A DNA stretch of 61,482 nucleotides, the filler included, from Asterionella formosa (Eukaryota): the NCBI GenBank assembly GCA_002256025.1. It is 11 parts of 11 records of this genome, joined end to end, with 100 filler letters (N's around TTAATTAATTAA, not from the genome) between each part and the next. Parts side by side here need not be neighbours in the genome. Positions count along the whole stretch, not along the records: positions 33,621 to 39,118 come from NKIB01013042.1; positions 39,219 to 44,714 come from NKIB01013043.1; positions 44,815 to 50,310 come from NKIB01013044.1; 8 more parts are not named here. The stretch is one strand, 5' to 3'. Below, piece after piece: positions 35,771-47,855 of the stretch; the first letter of the stretch is position 1, and each line of letters opens with the position of its first letter. The notes beneath the pieces were generated by a model. That model had not been told where the DNA came from. It was given only the letters and a program-made list of their open reading frames with translations, and made no database searches. Both the position numbers and the translations under genes were made by a program.

Positions 35771-38574
35771 ATAAAAAGTATCATGCATTTAGGATCAAGG
35801 GTAGCTATCGAACGCTACTAGCTAAGTGGCACAGGTTTCACATATATATGATAATTTTGGATCAAAACTATGATCAAGGAATCCTATAACTATGATGATT
35901 TATTAATATTTTACCAACCTTGCTGAAGTATAATGATAAAAAGAACATTATCATCACGCAATGTATATCAACTGATCAACAACATTTCTCATCAATATCA
36001 TTAACATTCTCAAATTATTTTCACTTCTCGTGATCGCCTGATGAATATTATATCTACAACGTATCCTAAAACCAGCTCAACTGTCATGTGAATTGTTTCA
36101 TATTAAATCTATCTATCGTAAACATGATCATAATTCTAATCACAAGCATTGTTCAAAATAGATTGAAATGGATTGTAATTTAACTGTCAAATTTGGCTTA
36201 GCAATGCTATCTATGATTCTACAGGCCGGCCAGTGACCCAACGTTTCTCCCTCTACTCGGCTCAATGTATATTCCTGTCTCATCCTTTTTTCTCTATTCT
36301 GAATCTTGTGCCAAGCAGTGCCTTACTAATGTTGCGTCTCTTTCCATGCTGTTAGTGTCATTCTGAACTCGCAGACTATTCCGTTATCTGATTGGCTGGT
36401 TTTATTGTCCTATGCAGTTACAGTAACAACAATGAGAAGGAATGACTTGTTAGCTAGTCATGTTACACTGACACAAAATCACGCCATTTCATCGTATCCT
36501 CTTCCTTGGTTCACTTACCACAAATCAAAGCAACTGATGCATAAGTCTGTAATAGTAAATTGTCAGTAAATTCTTGAATAAGTAAGTTTCGGGTATCCAA
36601 TGTTGTCGAATAAAACTTACCGATTCATTTTCGTTAGCTTAACTTTGAGAAACAGGGAGTTAACTCGACACCATCAGCTACACAGGATCCAGTAATTGAT
36701 CCTGAAAGCGATGATGACGTTTCTTCTTCAGTTGTTGCTACAAGAAAAATGGTTCTTGTCGATAATACCATTATTAACTCCCAGATGCAGATGGATGACA
36801 TGGTGCCATACAATAAAATTTCTAATCTAACACGAGTCACTTTGTTGCACTTGCCAAAAGATATTTATCAATTGGTCAATAAACTCAATCACTACAAAGG
36901 TCANNNNNNNNNNNNNNNNNNNNNNNNNNNNNNNNNNNNNNNNNNNNNNNNNNNNNNNNNNNNNNNNNNNNNNNNNNNNNNNNNNNNNNNNNNNNNNNNN
37001 NNNNNNNNNNNNNNNNNNNNNNNNNNNNNNNNNNNNNNNNNNNNNNNNNNNNNNNNNNNNNNNNNNNNNNNNNNNNNNNNNNNNNNNNNNNNNNNNNNNN
37101 NNNNNNNNNNNNNNNNNNNNNNNNNNNNNNNNNNNNNNNNNNNNNNNNNNNNNNNNNNNNNNNNNNNNNNNNNNNNNNNNNNNNNNNNNNNNNNNNNNNN
37201 NNNNNNNNNNNNNNNNNNNNNNNNNNNNNNNNNNNNNNNNNNNNNNNNNNNNNNNNNNNNNNNNNNNNNNNNNNNNNNNNNNNNNNNNNNNNNNNNNNNN
37301 NNNNNNNNNNNNNNNNNNNNNNNNNNNNNNNNNNNNNNNNNNNNNNNNNNNNNNNNNNNNNNNNNNNNNNNNNNNNNNNNNNNNNNNNNNNNNNNNNNNN
37401 NNNNNNNNNNNNNNNNNNNNNNNNNNNNNNNNNNNNNNNNNNNNNNNNNNNNNNNNNNNNNNNNNNNNNNNNNNNNNNNNNNNNNNNNNNNNNNNNNNNN
37501 NNNNNNNNNNNNNNNTTTTTGATACATTGTTTGATTGATCAATAGCTGTTGTTCTTTGATCAATAATTGTTTTAGCGAAGGTTATGACGACTTTACACAG
37601 ATCACCTTACATGTATGTAATCCTTGTACCAAACGATGCTATTAGAATGAACTCTGTGCAACAAGGGTGCGTTCCTTGTTGCCATTCCGATTTGAATGCT
37701 CTACCGATACATGCTTTGATCCAATTCTTGTACCGGTAGTATTCGTCATTATCTCCCCATTCGCATATCAGTAATCGAATTTCTTACAAGCCATATGCGT
37801 TTGTTGAACAATCCCGTACGAGCTACCTTCATGCGACGACAATTTCAGTCTTATAACGAATGATATGGTCTCGATATTGATGGGGAATTATGCTGGAGAA
37901 GTTTGATTGTTTGTTTGTTACTCGAAATCAAAAGCTTTGGTCAATTTATATGACTGAATTTGAGACCGATTCATTGAAGGCCATACCCGATTCCAATTCC
38001 AACCAAAATCAAGAAGATAATACTTTTTTATCATAATTCGCCCATTGCGAACATCGATCCATATTTCGAATCTGTTCTTCAAGATGAGATGCGGATCAAT
38101 GCGAAGATGGACCAGATGGTGGCGCAGTTTGTTGATCATGGCCTTAATCATGGGTCTTCCATTCTCATTGACTAGCTATTGACGAGCACGTGTGTATGCT
38201 ACAGAATTAGAGCCGCAGTATCACTAATCAGGAAGTAGCTTCATTTTATTCAGGAAATAGTAGCATCACATGAACCTTGAATAGCAGGGGGTTCGAAATA
38301 GCAATTGTAACTTTGCTTAATAGCATTGTACTATCCCATTGTTTTAAGAAATCTCTTTATCGGCAACATTGTCAGAGGCACTATATAGGACAGCCTAACC
38401 CCATTGCCACACATATACTTTCCACAAAATGACCCCTTTTTATATATAGCTTTTATATACATAGTGTAGCTAGCTTGTCCCACACATATGTTCTTGCCAC
38501 TCCGAAGAAGTGTAAAATATTTGTGAGGGTACCAGAACCATTATTCAATCAATAGCTGATTCCATTGTTGTACA

Positions 38575-39118
38575 GCAACAATGGTTGTCGAAATGAGTCC
38601 AATGATGTTGATAAACTTCTCCATTATTGGGGCGTTTTAAATGATCTCTATATTTTTACTAATATTGTTGGTGCTGGTATTCATACAGAAGAAAAGAGGA
38701 ACAAGCTTCTGTGCACCATTAAGGCCACATTTGAGAAGCATCGCCAAAATTGGGAAACTTTCTTTCCTGACAAGCTGATGAAATTAGTCATACCTGTCAT
38801 TCCAAATACAGATCACTGACTTTGTGTATTCTCTGTTTATGCATTGACACAGGCGAGTGAAAACGAAATAGTTGATGCTGCCAGTTCATCTTCGCCCAAT
38901 ACCATTCCAAGAAGTAAAGATCGTGTTGCCTGTATGCCCGTGGTAGATCTTGTTTCTACTTCCTCAGAGCGTCTTATTGAGTCAATTGAATCTGATAGAC
39001 TTGATATAAAATCTCCCCCTTCCAAAGCAAAAGCAAAATGTAAATTAAAGGCAAATCCAGACATGGTTGCCAATCCGGAAGAAACAGTCCATGACTTGTC
39101 ACCAAAGAGATCCGAAAT
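38575..39118 (+). repeat. paralogue of the 18810-19350 coding segment of element B
   Basis: Near-identical translation (NESNDVDKLLHYWG...DIKSPPSK.KAKCK). Confidence 0.9.
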
Positions 39119-39786
39119 NNNNNNNNNNNNNNNNNNNNNNNNNNNNNNNNNNNNNNNNNNNNTTAATTAATTAANNNNNNNNNNNNNNNNNNNNNNNNNN
39201 NNNNNNNNNNNNNNNNNNGATGTGGATTTGTTCCTGGAATTCCAGACCTATGTTTGATGCTTCTTGGGGTCATAGTTTCTACCGGTATATGCATTGCAAC
39301 GTCATGATTTCGGCTTTAGATGCTGTTAGCGGACAAAGGAACGGAGCGCATGGGATTTGTAACTTCTGTTTATTCATTTATCTACATGCATAGGTAAATG
39401 AAAATAATTGATACCTAAACAAGTCTACGTGTAAGCAGTTTTCAAACTAGGTACTGCATGCAGTGCAAGGCAGTCCAATTCTCAGAGCCATGTAGTTTCT
39501 ATGCAAAGCAGTTTTCAAACCTATGAAGCCTTTTATGTATGTAAGATTACGGTAATACATACACTGAGAAGTTTTCGTGATACACCCACCGCGAGGAAGC
39601 ATGAGAAAAACAGCATTATCTTGACATGTTACCAGGGGTACTTGTTACCGGTTAGTAGTACATGATGATGGTACCAGGTAGTCCAAACATGATGATATGC
39701 CACAAATAATTGTTTGCATCGCACATGATCAATCGCGTTGCTGAAGGAAGAAGCAAAGGATAAAACGTTCACGAAAGTCACACAAA

Positions 39787-42700
39787 ATGGAAGGAGAAAC
39801 GAAACTGCGAGACATTCCCGAGCCCCGCCTGTACGGGCGACTGGTCGAAAGTCAGATCCTGAACGCCCGTTATCGGATGGCAGTTCTGCCTCCATTTCTG
39901 TCAACGAAACAGAACGTGGTTTTAATAAGCGGCGATGCCGGAATGGGGAAGTCTGCGCTGGCTTCGTCGTTACGAGGAGCCGTCGAGAAAGATGGCGGGC
40001 TGTTCTTGAGCGGCAAGTTCGACCAGTTCCTTGGTAAGCCATTCGAACCCTTCCGACAAGCATTCACGGAGTATGCTGACCTCATATGCGAACGATCCCC
40101 TGCACGCATCGGACAGCTCCGAGCGGACATACTCGAGGCAGTGGGACGCGACGTCGGGCTTCTTACCTCAACGATTCCAGCTCTGACTAGAATCATCGGG
40201 CAGCAAACGGAAGCCGCGAATGTGCCAGGGTCGTCAGCTTCGCACCGATTCCGGCATGTGTTTCGAGCGTTCCTGAGAGCTATTTGCGACGAGAATTCGC
40301 CCATCGTCTTGCAAATTGACGATATTCACTGGGCAGATGCTTCCAGTCTCGAGCTTCTGAGATACATGTCGACGAGTTCCGGAGACAAGGCGTTCTTCTT
40401 GGTTTGCACTTTCCGCCGTGAGAACTCACAAGAATCCCGCCGACCATTTGTTGAAGCGCTGCAAGACATGAAAATGGATGCTAACCTCGAAGTAACCGAA
40501 ATTCGTCTTCTGCCTTTGAAGCTTGTCAATGTTAACGAAATTGTATCAGATACACTAGAGCTAACCAAGGATGAAACTTTGCCTCTGTCAAACGTTATCT
40601 TTCGTCAATCACGGGGCAATTCTCTTTTCGTCAGTGAGGTACTGAAGATTTTGGTTGACCAGGAGTTGGTGTATATGCAAGGTGATAAATGGAATTGGTG
40701 CATTGATATAATTCAAGAGAAGCTGGGCGGTACTGACTCAATTGTGGACCTAGTCACAAGTAAGCTGAAAACTATGCCATCAGCTGTCCAAGAGGTACTC
40801 AAGGCTGCATCATGTCTGGGACAAATTATTGATGAGTCCTCATTATTCATAACTTTGCAAAAGGAACCTTCCTGGGTCATTGACAGCATCAACTTGTCAG
40901 TGGCTGCAGGTATGTTGGTATCAACACAGACTGTAGGGAAATACAGTTTCCAGCACGAGAAAATCCGAGAAGCGGCCAGTTCCCTCATCACCACAGAGGA
41001 GAAGCCAGAGTACTTTATCATGCTCGGCCGCAGATTGTGGAGAGGATCCGATGAAGGCACCTTGCCATCGAACATATTTACTGTCGTCAACCTTCTTTAT
41101 TTTGGAATTGATCTCATTACAGACACCAAAGAGCGTTACGAGGTAGCAGAGCTATATCGCATTGCTGGTGAGAAGGCCACTGCATTGACGGCGTTCTCTC
41201 AAGCAGCAAGTTACCTGCGCAGAGGGATCAAGCTTCTTGGCAAAAATTCATGGACAGAGCGATATGCCCTCACACTGACTCTTTATGACAGCTTGGCTGC
41301 AGTGGAAACTGGACGCGTGGACTTCAACCAAGTAAAGTTGCTCATCGATGATGTGCACAAAAATGCTTGCAATATTGACGACAAGACTCGATCTTACTTT
41401 ACTTTGATTCACCTAATGGCCAGCGAAGACAATGTTACTGAAGCAATTGCCGTTGGAATCGATTTCCTTCGTGAGCTCGGTGAGCCGTTTCCGATCTCGA
41501 CTAAGAAATCTGTTTTCGTTAAGGAGCTGGTAGTGACAAAATGGGCGCTGCGTGGAAAGAGCAACAAGGAACTGCTTGCTCTACCAAAGATGATTGATCA
41601 AAGGAAAATAGCCTGTGCGAATCTCTTGAGTGTTTTGTTTGTCTATTGCTCGATGCAACGCTCTCCATTAGCTCCAATCATCGCCTTGCGTGCTATTCGC
41701 CACACGCTAAAGAACGGTCTTTTCGCAGGAAGCGCCGCTTCATTCGCCGCCTACGGTTCAATTGAAATGGGTTTATTCGAAAATATCAGGTTGGGTAAAC
41801 GTTTCAGTGACCTATCGCATTTGCTGCTTGAACAAGATGTTGAGGGGGAATACTTAGCGCTATCAAGCCTGATTGTAACAACTGGCATTGACATATTCTT
41901 CAAACCTCGTGTTGAATTGATCGAAAGGTTGCATTATGCGTCACGGACTGCTCTCAGTCGAGGCGATATCGCAATGGCTGGTCTGAACTCGGCAGCTGCA
42001 CTTACTTTTGGAGTTTATTCAGGGATGCGAGTCTCCGTTTTGGACTGCAAGGTTGAGCGAGCATTCGCTTTGCTTGATGAGTATAATCAGCAAGATTTGA
42101 TGTCATTTGTGTTGGTTGCCCAAGCGTATGTCGCAAAAATTTCGAGCACTACTGAAAGTGAGAGACCCAGTAGCCTTGAAGGCCCCAATTTCATGATAGA
42201 TCGAATAATACGAGAAGCCGAAGAGAGATCCAACGACTCGCAAGTTTTGTTGCTTCACAATGTCGCTGCCATCCTTGCGTACATGTTTCAAGACTATACA
42301 GCTGCGCTAAACAGTGTGGACAACTACTTGATAGTATTAGCCAAAACCAACTGGAAATGTATGGTTGGATGGGGTTGTATAAGTTTTTACCGAGGTGTGA
42401 TATTGGTTGCTTTGGCAAGGGAATATTCACCAGGGCGGCGGCAACGTCGGCTATTAAAGCAAGCTAGGAAGATCTTGAATTTGATCAAAAACTTGGCACG
42501 TCTTTGTCCCCATCACTTTCTCCACCGGCACACTTTCATGGACGCTGAGCTCAAGGCAACCAGTCGTGTAAACAAAAAAGCCGTTCTAAGTTTATATGAA
42601 GTGGCCATACAACAAGCGTCCCAACACGGTTATCTCCACGAAGCTGCAATGGCAAGTGAGAGGGCTTCAGAGCATTGCAAAAGAGTTTGGGACGTTTCTA

Positions 42701-42840
42701 GGTGCATTGCGTTTCTCGGTCGAGCCAAGGATATGTACGAAGAGTATGGAGCGTTTGCAAATGTAGTTCGCATTGAATCTTTGAAAATATCTTTCATGGA
42801 AGAAACTGCTTCGCTAACAAGCCAAGCTCTAGACACGTGA
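39787..42840 (+). CDS. STAND-class AAA ATPase (AAA_16-like) with a long helical/TPR-like C-terminus, 1017 aa
   Basis: LYGR, Walker A GDAGMGKS, GKFDQ, Walker B LQIDDIHWAD, SRGNSLFV (GxP position), YSFQHEKIREAA, YEEYGAFA; intronless. Confidence 0.9.
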   Translation: MEGETKLRDIPEPRLYGRLVESQILNARYRMAVLPPFLSTKQNVVLISGDAGMGKSALASSLRGAVEKDGGLFLSGKFDQFLGKPFEPFRQAFTEYADLICERSPARIGQLRADILEAVGRDVGLLTSTIPALTRIIGQQTEAANVPGSSASHRFRHVFRAFLRAICDENSPIVLQIDDIHWADASSLELLRYMSTSSGDKAFFLVCTFRRENSQESRRPFVEALQDMKMDANLEVTEIRLLPLKLVNVNEIVSDTLELTKDETLPLSNVIFRQSRGNSLFVSEVLKILVDQELVYMQGDKWNWCIDIIQEKLGGTDSIVDLVTSKLKTMPSAVQEVLKAASCLGQIIDESSLFITLQKEPSWVIDSINLSVAAGMLVSTQTVGKYSFQHEKIREAASSLITTEEKPEYFIMLGRRLWRGSDEGTLPSNIFTVVNLLYFGIDLITDTKERYEVAELYRIAGEKATALTAFSQAASYLRRGIKLLGKNSWTERYALTLTLYDSLAAVETGRVDFNQVKLLIDDVHKNACNIDDKTRSYFTLIHLMASEDNVTEAIAVGIDFLRELGEPFPISTKKSVFVKELVVTKWALRGKSNKELLALPKMIDQRKIACANLLSVLFVYCSMQRSPLAPIIALRAIRHTLKNGLFAGSAASFAAYGSIEMGLFENIRLGKRFSDLSHLLLEQDVEGEYLALSSLIVTTGIDIFFKPRVELIERLHYASRTALSRGDIAMAGLNSAAALTFGVYSGMRVSVLDCKVERAFALLDEYNQQDLMSFVLVAQAYVAKISSTTESERPSSLEGPNFMIDRIIREAEERSNDSQVLLLHNVAAILAYMFQDYTAALNSVDNYLIVLAKTNWKCMVGWGCISFYRGVILVALAREYSPGRRQRRLLKQARKILNLIKNLARLCPHHFLHRHTFMDAELKATSRVNKKAVLSLYEVAIQQASQHGYLHEAAMASERASEHCKRVWDVSRCIAFLGRAKDMYEEYGAFANVVRIESLKISFMEETASLTSQALDT

Positions 42841-43133
42841 AACTTTGCTTGCACTCGACAGTGAGTGGTCACTCATTGCATTCTGAATTGGTGTTGAATG
42901 TAAATCGCGACAGCGATAGCAGTGAGGGAATGGTTTAGCTTTTGTTGTTGTGCTAAACGGCAGAGCTACTTGTTGAGCTCATCGATTTATAAACAGAAAT
43001 GTTTTAATTTGTTTGTGTAATACTGTAGTGGCTTTCAATACTAGAGATTGATCCTGACTAGAGATTGATCCTGTCTACCGGTAAGCAATATTCAAGTTTT
43101 GAAATTCGTTTCATTTCCCAGCGTATCCGAGGT

Positions 43134-44582
43134 TTAAAATCCACAGGCACGAATTGGATACATATACTCTTCGCCAACCCCTGATCTCGTATTACATTGA
43201 AAGTTGAGATCGAGGGAAATGATGTAATGAAACCAATTGGTAGGCAAATACAGCAAGTCCCCTGCTTGCATAACAACTTCATTTACCAAGGCATCATGAA
43301 ATTCCGGGAAACTAGCCAAATCCGGATTGCTCCAATCTACAGCCGAGTGTCTCGCACTCGGATGTCCATTCGGTAAGAGTGCCAGCTTGTCACATTGGTC
43401 AGGATGAGAAAGGATATATCGGCGTTCGCCGCCCAAGACGACAATGGCATTTCTGGAACCATCGAAGTGATTTTCTGCAATTACCCCCTTCATACCAAAG
43501 CGGCAATGAATTCCTTTTTGTTGTTTAGGCTCCACCATGTACAGCCCTTCCTTGGGCTGAAAAAAGACGAGCTCGTCAAACAAATATTCAGATGACCCCC
43601 GATCGCAATCGCCCATACCTCCACAGCCGATCAAGCGATAATACCAATGTGGATTGTTTGGACCAAGTTTACTTTCATCTGTGACGTTTGCATGCTCCAG
43701 CCATTCGCTGTACTTCATGCGTAACATTTCTGTCGGTTGAGTCCAATTCGTCGGCAAATCAATGCCCTTGTTCTTCTTTTTCTTTCCATGATGGGCGGGT
43801 GCCATCCAATACATGAAATGATTGTTGGGTGAATACTCTGTTCTGTGTGGAACATTGCTCATGAGACGCTGCAGATATCCAGGGTAATTCCATCGCTCCA
43901 CGGACCGTGCAACTTCAGGGTCGTTGCGCACAACAAATGGGAGTTCAGCGCTTCTGTAGTTCATGACTTTTTGAGCGTCAGTTTGAAAATCAAATACGCA
44001 GAGACCTTGATGAACATCAAGTTGTGGGGTAGGATCATCTGGTTGCCAGTGGTTCAATACGTCGAGAATCCCCCATGCATAGGGGTATCCGACCGGTGGA
44101 TCCTCCGGGCAATGGTACACATCGTACCCTCCGGGGTTGGCAATGGCCTTGTAGGTTCTCTTGTGCATGGCGTACACGGCTGCTAAGGAGCGCTTGGCAT
44201 CTACGGGAAGTCGCTCATCAATTTCTTGCCTCAACAAGGCGTATGCTTTCGACTTGTCCCCGACCTCGTCAAGGGCATCTGGAATGTTGTACTGCTCCCC
44301 AAAGCGAGTCGTGCTGGCATCGGCGGTCGACGGCGAACCCACTAGATACCAAGCGAATTGGTAGACCACGAATAACCCGCATGCTATACACAGACCCAGA
44401 AATACGCCGGCTCGCAAGATTTCAATGTCCTCGTGGTTGGTAACTGAGTTCTTCCGGCGCTTTTTGATGACTGCTTTCTTTTTACTCGAGTTGCTGTTGC
44501 CGGGGTCGCTTTCGCCGTCGCCGTTGGCTGGCACTTCTGTGCATCCATTTCCGTTTGTGGAATGAGCTGCTCTACGCTGCAT
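43134..44582 (-). CDS. JmjC / cupin-8 Fe(II)-2OG oxygenase with an N-terminal membrane anchor, 482 aa
   Basis: TM helix AGVFLGLCIACGLFVVYQFAWYLV; metal ligands ENHFD and GDLLYLPTNWFHYI. Confidence 0.9.
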   Translation of the reverse strand: MQRRAAHSTNGNGCTEVPANGDGESDPGNSNSSKKKAVIKKRRKNSVTNHEDIEILRAGVFLGLCIACGLFVVYQFAWYLVGSPSTADASTTRFGEQYNIPDALDEVGDKSKAYALLRQEIDERLPVDAKRSLAAVYAMHKRTYKAIANPGGYDVYHCPEDPPVGYPYAWGILDVLNHWQPDDPTPQLDVHQGLCVFDFQTDAQKVMNYRSAELPFVVRNDPEVARSVERWNYPGYLQRLMSNVPHRTEYSPNNHFMYWMAPAHHGKKKKNKGIDLPTNWTQPTEMLRMKYSEWLEHANVTDESKLGPNNPHWYYRLIGCGGMGDCDRGSSEYLFDELVFFQPKEGLYMVEPKQQKGIHCRFGMKGVIAENHFDGSRNAIVVLGGERRYILSHPDQCDKLALLPNGHPSARHSAVDWSNPDLASFPEFHDALVNEVVMQAGDLLYLPTNWFHYIISLDLNFQCNTRSGVGEEYMYPIRACGF

Positions 44583-46099
44583 TTTGCAGATACTTCTGTC
44601 AGGAGATGTTGTGAGGTAGGAGCACTTGAGTACACTTGTGGTGAATCAATGTAATTGAGTTCTGTTGTTGACACGACTCTGAAAACATGTAATTTTGCGT
44701 TGAATCATTGTTTTNNNNNNNNNNNNNNNNNNNNNNNNNNNNNNNNNNNNNNNNNNNNTTAATTAATTAANNNNNNNNNNNNNNNNNNNNNNNNNNNNNN
44801 NNNNNNNNNNNNNNAAAATGTCCAACAAATGTGTGGTCTGCCGATACCTTATGCTGATGGGTATATGGAGATCCTGGTTTGGACTAACGGTGTAGGATAG
44901 GAGAATTGACACCAAAGCAAAATGTGTTGCAAAATGATGATTAGGTTGCATCCCGGTACTGGTATCAGTTGAACCGGACACTTTGCCAATTACGTAGGTC
45001 AGATATCAACAGGCAACATACAATGAATTCTACACACGAGTGTACCACAGGACGGAATCCAGAATGCGTTCGGATGCCATGCTTGATTTCGAAATTGGGC
45101 AGGATATATAATGCATGTATGAAATCGTACATGATTGGACGGTTCATCCTGTATGAATAGTACTGGGTCCCGTAGACAACTCCTCAAGAACGCAACATCT
45201 GACCAGAATTTTGAGGTAGCTATAGCAGTACCAACATCATGCTTTTTCGAGGTGGTGTTGGATACAATATCATGACAGCAAATAGCAATTCAGATTGAAA
45301 TCAAAAATTGGTTTGGACCAGCTAGCATTTGATTGGCACCAAATAGTCCAAAAATTACAAAATACCGTTTTTATTTGCTAGGTAGCTAATTTGTCAGTTA
45401 TTGTTGGAGCGATATTTGCAGTTTGTCAGCTGATGTACTTGACTGATAATTGGGTTCATGTCTGAATGCATCGGGAAATTATTCTGTCTTCTGTGGTATT
45501 TTTTTCTCTTTCGGCATGGTTGTATTAATAGCAAATCTAAAAATGGTCTGCTGCGTCATTTCAGCTGACATGATATGAGCACTCAAAATCTGGTGAATAA
45601 TTAGTTACATTAGCTGAAAGTATATGTATATTTCTGACGCAGGCCACATGATTCATCCTATATTATTTTTATTTAACCCAAAACCTCTTTCATCTATCAA
45701 TACTTAGATTTAATTAGATAGCTGCAGGATGAGCAAGTGATAGTGATCTGTTTGGTCAAATGCTTACCTGTAGCCACTTGTAGCTATTTGCAGTGGATCT
45801 TCAATAGAAGTCAATGCACAACCAAATCTATTAATTTTTCACAGAAGTTCATTTGGTATGTTTATACCGATTTGGATCCTCTAATTCGACATGATTCTTC
45901 GAAGAAGAAGAATCAAAATGAAGACAGCATTGATGACGAGTAAGTGGTGAATGAATGATCACACTTTTTTTACCTCTCTATCCAAAGCTGGCAAAGCCTT
46001 TGTCAGCAGTACTGCTAGTGGTGCACATAGAATGAGAGAATCCTTTGTCTTTGCACGCATTTCAATAATGTAGAGTTAGGTTTTTAAAATGAAAATGCG

Positions 46100-47855
46100 A
46101 CAGCAGGAACAACAACTCCAAATGCGGAAACCGAAACAATGACTGCAACCGGAACAACGAATGCAAGGAATAATAATGCGGCAGCAGGAACAAGTGTTCA
46201 AACTCAATGTACTAATGACTATGATATCAGCAGCAGTGATGATGACAAACATGAGAAAAAGGAGCAGTCTTTCCATGTTTACTACCAAAGGACAGATGAA
46301 GTACTGAATCACAACGATGATCTGGATAATGACCCTTTTCAACAGCCAGATTATTGCACAGATGACTTGCTGCAATCTTCTCCCAAATGCAATTCAGTCA
46401 CAGGCACAGACAACTTGCTGCAATCTTCTGCCAATTGCAACACAGAAAAAGAACTAGACAGGGATACTAGGAGTCATGAAAACATTTCAATTCATCCACA
46501 AGCAAGGAAAAGGAAAATTACAACAAGAAGAAAAAATGCCTTGTCAGTTAAAAAAGCACTGAAGCAAGGTGAAGGGTCAATTCATACTTGGGGATGAGAA
46601 AAATTCAAAAGGCTATATCCCACAATCAAGTGCAATTCATGTTGCTTTTCAGGATACCATTTAATCATAGTTTGCAATGAAGCATACAACTCTAACTGTG
46701 AAAATACCAATGCTGATATGAAAACAAAATTTTATCATGTTTTGTCTATTCAACTTGTTCATTGTCTCTTCCCGAGAATGGAAAAATTAGAAAAAGTAGA
46801 ACCGTATATGTGCAAAAATTTGTATATTTTTCATGGCCATGATCACTCTACAGTGATGGAGAGCAATCTGGACTCCAATATCATAACAATTTATGATGGA
46901 ATCAATCTAGCTCGTAACAACTGGTTCAACCATCATATCACCAATGTGCTGAAATGAACAAAACTAATTTTATCATGTTTTGTCTATTCAACTTGTTCAT
47001 TGTCTCTTACCTAGAATGGAAAAATTTGAAAAAGTAGAACCGTATATGTGCAAAAATTTGTATATTTTTTATGGCCATGATCACTCTACAGTGATGGAGA
47101 GCAATCTGGACTCCAATATCATAACAATTTATGATGAAATAAATCTAGCTCGTAACAACTGGTTCCACCATCATATCACCAATGTGCTGAAATGAACAAA
47201 ACTTATTGGAAGGAATTCTTTGCCAAGTTTCCATTCCAATGGTAAAACAGAATTTGAACTGGCTACAGATGAGGACAGCTGGATTATCTCAAAGTCAATC
47301 ATTATACTTCAAAACGATGGGTATAATTTTGGCCCAATTGCTTGCCTTGTCCTGGGTTCAATTTTTGAACCTAAAAATGTAAACAGATCAGCTATTTATC
47401 CACATAATTACCTCTCCTTTTTAGTAACAATGTTCAACGAAAGGGTCGATCAAATCAATAGTGAATTGATCTTGCCAAGTGAACTACATGATACTGTTTC
47501 AACACAGCAAGTTGGAATGAACAGGTATGCAAGACATGCTGTGGAAAGAGCAATTAAAGAAACTCCCATCAAATAAAAATGCCATTTTTGAATGAAAAGA
47601 GACAAGTCATCATACTTGCTTGATGGAACTTTCACTTTTGAAAATTATAGAAAAATGAGTATGCAGCAAGCTTACTATGCATTGTGTTATCCTCAAGATA
47701 GCAAGTCAAAATGTCAGTGTAAGTGTATGAAAGAATGCGCAAATGCTTCTCAGCGTTTTAAGGAAAAGTATGGTTGCAGTGTGTTTTGCAAATGTTCAGC
47801 GAATTATGTGAATAAATTCAAGAAAAAGTTACAAGTCATTATTACGCAACAATAA
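46100..47855 (+). pseudogene. decayed Ulp1-like (C48) protease with a Cys-rich tail; probable Ginger/integrase-type transposon remnant
   Basis: HDHSTVME..ITIYDG and LQNDGYNFGPIACL (H, D, Q-x-D-x-x-N-[C to F]-G), then GTF...KMSMQQAY..CQCKCMKEC..CSVFCKCSANYVN. Confidence 0.55.
46728..47203 (+). repeat. 238-bp tandem duplication
   Basis: Units 46728-46965 and 46966-47203 are nearly identical. Confidence 0.95.

Noticed and set aside
36749..37563. 257-aa and 220-aa ORFs in the track
   Set aside because: Almost entirely N-gap
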